This document shows, one piece after another, positions 25,348 to 33,348 of a stretch of 34,695 nt of DNA. The notes under the pieces were generated by a model. That model was not told the DNA's origin. It searched no databases and saw only the letters and a list, made by a program, of their open reading frames with translations. Numbering within the stretch: position 1 is the first letter of the stretch; the number at the start of each line of letters is the position of its first letter. The DNA comes from Fidelibacterota bacterium. Its GTDB lineage: Bacteria; Fidelibacterota; Marinisomatia; Marinisomatales; TCS56. Both the position numbers and the translations under genes were made by a program. The stretch lies in contig JBDRBK010000135.1 in NCBI GenBank assembly GCA_043822705.1, positions 1 to 34,695 of the forward strand. The letters run 5' to 3'.

Positions 25348-27374
25348 TGCGAAAATTAATAATCATTGCCCTGATAACATTATTAGGTCAACCGGCCGCC
25401 GGTAAAGCTCGTATGACCTTCGAAGATTTATACGGTTTTCCCCTGATTAAGAACCTGGCCCTGTCACCCGACGGTAAGACGCTGGCACTGACGATTCAGG
25501 TCAATGATATACCCGGCAATCGTAAGCTGGAATCGATCTGGATGATGAAAACCAACGGCCGTGACCTGCGCCAGGTTTCTCCGGCAGGTTACTGGGCCTG
25601 GAAACCGCGCTGGTCCGCCGACGGCCAGTCGCTGGCCTATCTGCTGGCGGGAAGCACCGCCGATGAGGTCTGGGTTTATAACAAAGTCAGTGGTGAAAAT
25701 TCCCGGTTAACCGGATTTGCCAGCGATATCACCGATTTCATCTGGTTCCCGATCGGTGGCTGTATCCTGTTTGCTGCGGAAACCTTTACTGAATGTGGCA
25801 CCGATGCCGACTGTATCCGGCGCCAGGTTTTAAACCGTGCCGGTCAATCCGCCAGCGGCCGGACCTACGACCAGTTGCTGTTCCGCCATTATAAAACCTG
25901 GGAGAACGGCGCCGTATCACATGTTTTCCGGCATGATTTTGCGACCGACAAGATTATTGATCTGACACCGGGGACTGACGATGCGCCGGGCTTGTATCTG
26001 GGAGGGAATTGCGATCTGGCGGTTCACCCCGCCGGCAGCCTGGTGGTGTTTACGATGAATACCGATTCGGTCCTGGCGATCAGTACTAATAATGATATAT
26101 TTACTGTCAATTGTGACGGCACCGCCCGGAAGCGGGTCAGCGCGGGAAAAGGCAATGACACCGACCCGCGCTTCTCACCGGACGGCCGTTATCTGGCCTA
26201 CGCCCGGATGGCGCGGGCCGGGTATGAATCGGATCAGTGCGACCTGGTTATAGTCGATATGGAAACCGGCGCTGAGCGCAATCTCACGGCCGCACTGGAC
26301 CGTTCCGTGGATGAAATCATCTGGAGTACTGATTCGCGCTCAATTTACTTCAATGTGGGAGACCGGGCCCTGACAACTCTCTACCGGGTCACCCTGGAAG
26401 ATGGGAAAATCACCCGGTTATTCGGCGATATATTTTTCGAATTCCTCAATGTCTCCGCCGATCAGCGCTACCTGTACTGTTCCGCCAGCGAACCGCACCG
26501 TCCGCCGGAAGTGTACCGGGTCGATCTGAAAAATGGTGCGTTGAAACAATTGACCAGCTTCGGCGCCGATCTGGTGGAAAAAGTATCAATGTCTCCGGCC
26601 GCGACCTTCTGGTTCAGCGGCGCCGACGGCGACAGTGTGATGGGTCTGTTGACCTATCCGCCGGATTTCAAGCCACAGAAGAAATATCCCCTGGTGCTGT
26701 TGATCCATGGCGGTCCCCAGGCTTTGTGGTATAAATATTTCAATTTTTACGGCTGGAACACCCAATTGCTGACGGCCCAGGGCTATATCGTCGCCCAGAT
26801 CAATCCCCATGGCTCCGGCAGTTACGGCATAAAATTCAAGGAGGCGGTCAGCGGCGACTGGGCCGGCCGCGATTTTACCGACCTCATGCTGGGACTTGAT
26901 TATCTGATTGCGACCCAGACTGCCATCGATCCCGACCGGCTGGCGGCCCTGGGTCGGTCCTACGGCGGCTACATGATCAACTGGATCAACGGTCACAGCG
27001 ACCGCTTCCGCTGCCTGGTCACGATCGATGGAACCTTCGATAAAATTTCATCCTACTATTCCACCGAAGAACTGTGGTTCCCGGAATGGGATTTTGCCGG
27101 AACGCCTTGGACCAACCGCGAGCTTTATCTCGAGCGGTCGCCGTCGACCTATGTCGAGCACTTCCGGACTCCGACCCTGGTGATTCACGGCGGACTGGAT
27201 TACCGGGTCGATCCTGCCCAGGGCCTGAGCGTATTCACCGCCTTGCGGCGGCGGGGGATTCCGGCGCAGTTGCTGTATTATCCCGATGAAGGCCATTCGA
27301 TCCTGAAATTGCAGAATCTGAAACAGTCCTACCAAGTCCAACTGGAATGGCTGGCACGCTGGCTGAAACAGTGA
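25344..27374 (+). CDS. Exported S9-family peptidase (DPP5/acylaminoacyl peptidase-like)
   Basis: Signal peptide, beta-propeller repeats (SPDG), IHGGPQ, GRSYGG, DYRV, DEGH. Confidence 0.93.
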   Translation: MMRKLIIIALITLLGQPAAGKARMTFEDLYGFPLIKNLALSPDGKTLALTIQVNDIPGNRKLESIWMMKTNGRDLRQVSPAGYWAWKPRWSADGQSLAYLLAGSTADEVWVYNKVSGENSRLTGFASDITDFIWFPIGGCILFAAETFTECGTDADCIRRQVLNRAGQSASGRTYDQLLFRHYKTWENGAVSHVFRHDFATDKIIDLTPGTDDAPGLYLGGNCDLAVHPAGSLVVFTMNTDSVLAISTNNDIFTVNCDGTARKRVSAGKGNDTDPRFSPDGRYLAYARMARAGYESDQCDLVIVDMETGAERNLTAALDRSVDEIIWSTDSRSIYFNVGDRALTTLYRVTLEDGKITRLFGDIFFEFLNVSADQRYLYCSASEPHRPPEVYRVDLKNGALKQLTSFGADLVEKVSMSPAATFWFSGADGDSVMGLLTYPPDFKPQKKYPLVLLIHGGPQALWYKYFNFYGWNTQLLTAQGYIVAQINPHGSGSYGIKFKEAVSGDWAGRDFTDLMLGLDYLIATQTAIDPDRLAALGRSYGGYMINWINGHSDRFRCLVTIDGTFDKISSYYSTEELWFPEWDFAGTPWTNRELYLERSPSTYVEHFRTPTLVIHGGLDYRVDPAQGLSVFTALRRRGIPAQLLYYPDEGHSILKLQNLKQSYQVQLEWLARWLKQ

Positions 27375-27384
27375 AGACTTTTAC

Positions 27385-27413
27385 TTGCCAGTGAGTATTC
27401 GACTTGGTATAAT
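27385..27413 (+). promoter_or_regulatory. Sigma70 promoter of amrS-amrB
   Basis: TTGCCA (27385-27390), 17 bp, TATAAT (27408-27413), with TGn extension. Confidence 0.7.
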
Positions 27414-27424
27414 TCGATGGACCG

Positions 27425-28495
27425 GTGAACAACCGCACGGTCTGTGATAATTCTATGATAACAGATGTAGCACCTGTCGCCCGCTGGTGGGTTAAGCAGG
27501 AGAACGGCCGGATCAGGTGTACCCTGTGCCCACGTTTCTGTGAAATTCCAGCCGGGTCCCGGGGTTTCTGCCAGGTCCGGCGTAATTTAAACAACGAGCT
27601 GGTCAGTACAGCCTACGGTCGCTCGACCGGTTTTGCGGCCGACCCGATCGAGAAGAAGCCGCTGTATCATTTTTATCCGGGATCGACCGTGTTAAGTTTC
27701 GGCACCATCGGCTGCAACCTGGGCTGCAAATTCTGTCAGAACTGGCAGATGAGCAAAAACCGCGACGACCGCCACATGCCGCAACTCTTCACGCCGGAGC
27801 AGGTTGTTCAGTTGGCGATTGACCGTGGTTGCCAGGGGATTGCTTACACCTACAACGACCCGATTATTTTTGGCGAATGGGTCATCGCTATTGCCGACCG
27901 CGCTCGCTCGGCGGGCCTTAAAAATGTTCTGGTATCGAATGGCTATATCACCGCCGAAGCCCGGGAGGATATCTATCGCCGGGCCGATGCGATCAATGTC
28001 GACCTGAAGGCATTCAGCAACGATTTTTACCGGCGGCTGACCCTGTCGAAGCTGGCGCCGGTGCTGGATACGCTGCGCTGGCTGGTACGTGAGACCGCCG
28101 TCTGGGTCGAAATAACCACCCTGGTGATTCCCGGCGAAAATGACAGTGAAGTCGAATTACGGGAGCTGACCAGGTTTGTTGCCGGCGAACTGGGACCCGA
28201 TATACCGCTGCATTTTTCCGCTTTTCACCCCGATTTCAAGTTGCACGATCATTCCCGGACACCGCTGACTACCCTGACCCGGGCCTATGAAATCGCCCGG
28301 ATGAACGGTCTGAATTATGTCTATCTGGGAAATGTCGACAGCGCCACCGGACGAAATACGGTTTGCCATCATTGCGGCAGTGTCCTGATCGAGCGACGTT
28401 ATTACCAGGCATCGGTTAGCGGTTTGCGAGATGGCGCCTGTGCCCATTGCGGACAATCCGTGCCGGGTTGGTTTGGCTCCGGGGTGCGGTCATGA
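27425..28495 (+). CDS. amrS: AmmeMemoRadiSam system radical SAM enzyme
   Basis: CTLCPRFC, DPIEKKPLYHFYPG, CNLGCKFCQNW, FSAFHPDFKL, C-terminal CxxC pairs; start GTG 27425 or ATG 27455. Confidence 0.92.
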   Translation: MNNRTVCDNSMITDVAPVARWWVKQENGRIRCTLCPRFCEIPAGSRGFCQVRRNLNNELVSTAYGRSTGFAADPIEKKPLYHFYPGSTVLSFGTIGCNLGCKFCQNWQMSKNRDDRHMPQLFTPEQVVQLAIDRGCQGIAYTYNDPIIFGEWVIAIADRARSAGLKNVLVSNGYITAEAREDIYRRADAINVDLKAFSNDFYRRLTLSKLAPVLDTLRWLVRETAVWVEITTLVIPGENDSEVELRELTRFVAGELGPDIPLHFSAFHPDFKLHDHSRTPLTTLTRAYEIARMNGLNYVYLGNVDSATGRNTVCHHCGSVLIERRYYQASVSGLRDGACAHCGQSVPGWFGSGVRS

Positions 28496-29340
28496 AGCCG
28501 GTTCGGTTGCCGGTGGCCAGGAATTTTTATTCCGGTAACTGCCGCATGCAAATGGATGATTTTCTGACTGGTTTTAGAAAACCGGCGGCTATTCCGGATC
28601 GACCGCTGGCCGCCGTGGTGCCCCACGCCGGCTGGCTGTACTCCGGTCGCACCGCCGCCCGGACGCTGGCCTGTCTGGCCGGCCGCGTCAAGCCGCAGAC
28701 GGCAATCGTATTAGGCGCCGACCACAGCGGTGTTTACCGGCACACCGTCTATCCCGAGGGCGCCTGGCAGACGCCGCTGGGCGAATTGGCGGTCGACAGC
28801 GACCTGGCGCTGCTTATCTGCGATAATCTGCCCGAACTGCTGTTGGCCGACCCGGATGTTCATGCCGGGGAACATTCCATTGAAGTGCTGACACCCATGC
28901 TGAAATATTTCTGGCCCGAGCTGAAATTTGTGCCCATTACTGTCAAGGTGGCGGCGGACAGCCTGGATTTGGGGCAGCGGATCGGGGACCTGGTGAATCA
29001 GCGTGACGACATCATCGTGCTGGCCAGTTCGGACCTGACCCATTATGGTCGGGGCTACGATCTGGCGCCGGCGGGAAGCGGCGCCGCCGGGTTGGAATGG
29101 CTGATTGCCAACGACCGGCGGATGATTGACACGATCTGCGGTGGTGCGGCAGCGTCCGTTTTGCCGGAGGCCCGCCGCCAGCGGAATGCCTGTGGCGCCG
29201 GCGCCATCACAACCCTAATGGGACTGGCCGACCGGTTTGGTCGGGACAAGGGTTATCTGATCGAGCATACCACCAGTCATGGTGACCGGCCACCGGAGCG
29301 TTTCGATTATGGCGTGGGCTATGCCGGAATTATATTTTAA
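28492..29340 (+). CDS. amrB: AmmeMemoRadiSam system protein B (MEMO1 family)
   Basis: PHAGWLYSG, WQTPLG, EHSIEV, SSDLTHYG, NACG, VGYAG; ATGA overlap with amrS. Confidence 0.92.
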   Translation: MKPVRLPVARNFYSGNCRMQMDDFLTGFRKPAAIPDRPLAAVVPHAGWLYSGRTAARTLACLAGRVKPQTAIVLGADHSGVYRHTVYPEGAWQTPLGELAVDSDLALLICDNLPELLLADPDVHAGEHSIEVLTPMLKYFWPELKFVPITVKVAADSLDLGQRIGDLVNQRDDIIVLASSDLTHYGRGYDLAPAGSGAAGLEWLIANDRRMIDTICGGAAASVLPEARRQRNACGAGAITTLMGLADRFGRDKGYLIEHTTSHGDRPPERFDYGVGYAGIIF

Positions 29341-29451
29341 ATCAATCCCGCCGGAATCTCAGCTAGAGTACCGGTCTACTTAAATTTTACCGAACAGCTT
29401 GCCTGCCTGTTCCTGGCGGATTCGCATCAGAATTGACCGGTGACAGTCGAT

Positions 29452-29814
29452 TTACGATTGTTCCCCATCAATCTCATCCAATAGCGCCACGGCCCGGCGT
29501 AGGTGCGGGATAACGATCGAACCGCCGGCGATCAGGGCAACGTTGAAGGCTTCCATGAGACTCTCACGGTCAACCCCCAGCTCGCGGCAGCGGATCACGT
29601 GGTAGGCAATACAATCATCGCAGCGCAGTACCGTACTGGCCACCAGTCCCAGCATTTCTTTGGTGGTCTGCGGCAGGCGGCCGTCTTCATAAACCCGCGA
29701 ATCCAGACCGAAGAAGCGTTTGGTGTCCAGGTTACCGGTTTCCAGAATACGCTGGTTCATTTTTTCCCGAAAGTAGCGAAATTCTTCCAGGCGGGACGAT
29801 TTTTTCTTGCTCAT
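29452..29814 (-). CDS. Carboxymuconolactone decarboxylase / AhpD-like protein
   Basis: KEMLGLVASTVLRCDDCIAYH (CxxC) and GGSIVIPHLRRA. Confidence 0.92.
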   Translation of the reverse strand: MSKKKSSRLEEFRYFREKMNQRILETGNLDTKRFFGLDSRVYEDGRLPQTTKEMLGLVASTVLRCDDCIAYHVIRCRELGVDRESLMEAFNVALIAGGSIVIPHLRRAVALLDEIDGEQS

Positions 29815-29827
29815 GGTATTTTCCTGT

Positions 29828-30100
29828 TCACCAGTAACGTTCCAGATGAAGGTTACCGGGGTTTTTACGCGAATGTTCCTGGTCCCCCTCGATGGTCAGT
29901 TGTTCGGCCATATGGTCGATCATCCCGGGATTGCCGCAGAGAAAAACATGGGTGCCGGCGGCCGTCGGTGGGTGCGGCCAGTCCCGGGCGAAGGAACGGT
30001 CCTTCTAGACCTGCAACGCACCTGTTTTGGGCACGACCCGTAGAATGATCAATTCCGGGGTCACTTCAATTTTCTGGCTGACCAGTGCGTTCAAATCCAT
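29828..30100 (-). pseudogene. fpr: Ferredoxin--NADP+ reductase remnant (large internal deletion plus in-frame TAG)
   Basis: Hand translation from ATG 30100 (AGGAA upstream): MDLNALVSQKIEVTPELIILRVVPKTGALQV*KDRSFARDWPHPPTAAGTHVFLCGNPGMIDHMAEQLTIEGDQEHSRKNPGNLHLERYW*. The FNR N-terminus and C-terminal FLCGNPxMI...ERYW are present; the FAD/NADP core is absent. TAG at 30007-30005. Confidence 0.8.
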
Positions 30101-30119
30101 GGTGTTTCCTGCGCTGATT

Positions 30120-30641
30120 TTATTCCTGTTGCAGACTGTCGATCATTTTGTATCCGACCAATAAATCCTGGCTGCTGTTCCCGAATTTAAACTGGCCGGC
30201 CTCGGTAAAAATAAAACCCCGGCGACGGTACCAGTCATGAGCCAAATGATTATTGACCATCACATCCAGCCAGATTCGATCAAAGCCCAACTGACCAGCA
30301 GTGATGGCCTGTTCTTCCAGCAGCCGTCCACCAAGTCCCAGACCGCGATACTGCGCCAGAACGTGCAACGACAGGACGTGGAAATGGTTTTTGTCGGGAT
30401 GAATTTCGGCCAAAGCGTAGGCCACAATAGTCTCATCGGCCAGGCCGAGCCGGCCGTACTGCCGCGGGAAGCGTTCCCGCAGTTGCCACAGGGAATAGTG
30501 CTGCCGGTGGCAGAGCTCGATATCCGCGGCCGACAGGAAATCGCCGTAGGCGTCGCGCCAGGATTGAAGGGCGATCGCCCGGATCGTTTCCAGATCGCCG
30601 ATCCGCCAGGGACGGGTAGTTATTTCAGTGTTTTTTCTCAT
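30120..30641 (-). CDS. GNAT family N-acetyltransferase
   Basis: SWRDAYGDFL, LHVLAQYRGLGLG acetyl-CoA loop, IWLDVMVNNHLAHDWYRRRGF. Confidence 0.9.
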   Translation of the reverse strand: MRKNTEITTRPWRIGDLETIRAIALQSWRDAYGDFLSAADIELCHRQHYSLWQLRERFPRQYGRLGLADETIVAYALAEIHPDKNHFHVLSLHVLAQYRGLGLGGRLLEEQAITAGQLGFDRIWLDVMVNNHLAHDWYRRRGFIFTEAGQFKFGNSSQDLLVGYKMIDSLQQE

Positions 30642-30649
30642 CTTTTCCG

Positions 30650-30666
30650 CCGGTAATTATTACCGG
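30650..30666. promoter_or_regulatory. Perfect 8-1-8 palindrome just upstream of the GNAT operon (possible operator)
   Basis: CCGGTAAT-T-ATTACCGG, 8 bp from the GNAT start codon. Confidence 0.4.
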
Positions 30667-30934
30667 AACCGGCAGTGCCCGGAAAATTCATCCTGCCCGG
30701 CTGGCCGCGGTCCGGGGTGAAATATACGCTTAATTCGATATGTATCGTATACGGAAGTGTCTGATTCTGCGCCGACCGGCATGATTATTGTGGTTTTTTG
30801 TGACTGTGAATATCGCTGCTCATTTATGTAAATTCCCTATGTTAGCATCCGCTGGGTACAGGAAACATGACACCTGGTGCCTGCTATTACCATCTAATCA
30901 GCCGCAGGCGGTACGGTAGAGAGGATTTTATTAT

Positions 30935-33298
30935 TTGGATCGTATAAGCGATTTACTGCATCAGATCGCGGGACTGGAGCAACGCGTCCGGGCCAGTGAA
31001 GAACGCTACCTGAGCGTGGCCGAGAATTCGCCGACCGGAATCCTGATCACCAACAACAGTTTTCAACTGGTCTATGCCAATAAGCGACTGAGCACTATCC
31101 TCGGCTATTCCTTCAGTGAGCTGATCGGTATGGATTTTCGCGAATTGTTGGATGACGACAGTCGGGAACTGGTGATCGAGCGTTACCTGCGCCGGCAGCG
31201 GTTGGAAGAAGTCCCCTCCCAGTACGATTTCAATATCATCTGTAAGAATGGCGAACGTAAACGGGTCGAGGTAAACAGCGCCATCCTGCATGATGACGAA
31301 GGACGGATATATACGGTAGCCCATCTGCTGGATGTTTCCGACAGTTGGCAGGCGATCATGCTCCAGTCAGCCGTATTTAAAATATCCGAAGCAGTCAGCG
31401 CCACCAAGGACATGCCCAGCCTGTTTCAGTCGATCCACCGCATCATGGGGTCGATCCTTGATGTTACCAATTTTTTCATTGCCCTGTACGATGAGCAACA
31501 GCAATTAATTACTTTTCCGTATTTCATCGATGAAGTCGACCCGCCGCCGGAGCCGCAGAAATTTGGTGACGGGCTCACCGAATACATCATCAAAACCGGG
31601 GAACCGTTGTACGTCACGGAAGCGGGCATTTACGAGCTGGCACAAAACGGTAAAATCGATCTGTTGGGAACGCCATCGATAATCTGGATGGGCTCGCCAT
31701 TGCGGATCGAAAACCGGATCATCGGCGTGGTCGTGGTCCAGACCTACCGTGATGCCGCCCTGTACAACCGCGATGATCTGCATATCCTGAATTATGTCTC
31801 GGAACAGATTGCCACTTCGATCCGCAACAAGCAGGCCGAAGAAGCGCTGAACGTTGAGAAGTCGCATTTTGAAGGACTGTTTCAGACTTCTCCGGAAGCG
31901 ATCGTGCTGGTGGACCGGAGCAGTATCATCCGCCGGATCAACAGCGAATTCACGCGCTTGTTCGGCTATACGGCGGCCGAGGCGATCGGAAAAAATATCG
32001 ACAATCTTATCACCGATGCCCAGCGGTTCGAAGAGGCACGTGCCACCACCCGCAAGGTGGCCGGCGGTGAACGCATCCGCTTTGAAACCATCCGCTTCCG
32101 CAAGGATGGCAGTCCGGTACATGTTTCAATTCTCAGCGCTCCGGTCGTGACCCATGAGGGCTCCCAGGCCGTATATGCTATCTACCGGGACATTACCGAG
32201 CGCAAACAGGCTGAGGAACTGATCAAGGCCTCCGAGGAGAAATACCGGTTGCTAGTCGAATCCGTGAATGACGCCATTGTGATCAGCCAGCATGACAAAT
32301 TTATTTTCTTCAATCGCCGTTTCATGGACATGCTGGGGTACTCCTACGAAGAGCTGCAGACCAAGGACTATCGTGAAATCTACACCCCGGCGGGGATTCA
32401 AATACTCCAGGACCGCAAGCGATTGCGCGATCGCGGGGAACCGGTCCCGGACCGTTATGAAACATCGTTCAAAAAGAAGGATGGCACGGTAATCAATATC
32501 GAAGCCCATGTGGTGATCATCGACTATCACGATGACGCAGCCACGTTTGCGGTGCTGAATGACATTACCGAGCGCAAAAAGGGTGAGCGCAAGCTGATCG
32601 CATCGGAAAAAAAGTACCGCCAGCTTTCCACTCAATTGGCTCATACCAACGATTTCAAGGACCTGCTCTTGGATGTCATCACCCATGATTTAAAGAACCC
32701 GGCCGGTGTCATCAGCGGCATGGCCGAGTTACTGGAGTCGGAGTATCCCGAACTGGCCGGTATCGATATAATCCGGGAATCCAGTAACAATCTCCTGAAA
32801 GTCATCGAAAATGCCGTGACCCTGTCCAAGGTCACCATCGGCGAAGAGATCGACCGCGAGCAAATCGACCTGACTGATTTGATACGGACCATCGCCAGGG
32901 AATTTTCCCAGAGCCTGAAACAGGCCGGCATGTCGATCACGGTAAATATTGACGAACCGCTGCCGGTACTGGCCAATCCGATCATTGCTGAAGTATTCAG
33001 AAATTATATCAGCAACGCCATCAAGTATGCCGCCGCCGGTGGTGAAATCAGCATTACCGCCCAGGAGGATGCGACCGCGGTGACTATCCGCGTCAATGAT
33101 TTTGGTACTGTCATCCCCGAAGCGAGCCGGCACCAGATATTCGGCCGTACCGTGCAACTGGCCCGTGAGGAAAAGCGCGGTCGCGGTCTCGGTCTGGCGA
33201 TTGTAGATCGAATTGCCAAAGCGCACAAGGCCGCGGTCTGGGTCGAGCCGAACCGACCGACCGGCAATTCCTTCTGTCTGAAGATCCCAAGAACCTGA
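30935..33298 (+). CDS. Cytoplasmic PAS-GAF-PAS-PAS sensor histidine kinase
   Basis: Three PAS/PAC repeats (DITERK), GAF (WMGSPLR..IIGVVVVQ), H-box THDLKNP, N-box NYISNAIKY, G2 GRGLGL. TTG start with GAGGA RBS; no TM segment. Confidence 0.92.
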   Translation: MDRISDLLHQIAGLEQRVRASEERYLSVAENSPTGILITNNSFQLVYANKRLSTILGYSFSELIGMDFRELLDDDSRELVIERYLRRQRLEEVPSQYDFNIICKNGERKRVEVNSAILHDDEGRIYTVAHLLDVSDSWQAIMLQSAVFKISEAVSATKDMPSLFQSIHRIMGSILDVTNFFIALYDEQQQLITFPYFIDEVDPPPEPQKFGDGLTEYIIKTGEPLYVTEAGIYELAQNGKIDLLGTPSIIWMGSPLRIENRIIGVVVVQTYRDAALYNRDDLHILNYVSEQIATSIRNKQAEEALNVEKSHFEGLFQTSPEAIVLVDRSSIIRRINSEFTRLFGYTAAEAIGKNIDNLITDAQRFEEARATTRKVAGGERIRFETIRFRKDGSPVHVSILSAPVVTHEGSQAVYAIYRDITERKQAEELIKASEEKYRLLVESVNDAIVISQHDKFIFFNRRFMDMLGYSYEELQTKDYREIYTPAGIQILQDRKRLRDRGEPVPDRYETSFKKKDGTVINIEAHVVIIDYHDDAATFAVLNDITERKKGERKLIASEKKYRQLSTQLAHTNDFKDLLLDVITHDLKNPAGVISGMAELLESEYPELAGIDIIRESSNNLLKVIENAVTLSKVTIGEEIDREQIDLTDLIRTIAREFSQSLKQAGMSITVNIDEPLPVLANPIIAEVFRNYISNAIKYAAAGGEISITAQEDATAVTIRVNDFGTVIPEASRHQIFGRTVQLAREEKRGRGLGLAIVDRIAKAHKAAVWVEPNRPTGNSFCLKIPRT

Positions 33299-33348
33299 TT
33301 ACTGGTTATTTGTCGCACCGGAAATCCGGAATCAAGCATTTACCGATA

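Noticed and set aside
23215..28495. RiPP cluster (Cys-rich peptide plus peptidases plus radical SAM)
   Set aside because: The radical SAM is a typical AmrS with its own promoter and an amrB partner, with no SPASM or RRE features, and the Cys-rich ORF has a lipoprotein-type signal rather than a leader peptide.
30005..30007. In-frame TAG in the fpr relic as pyrrolysine or readthrough
   Set aside because: Even with readthrough the product lacks the FAD/NADP-binding core; other genes here use TAG as stop; a TGG-to-TAG change is simpler.
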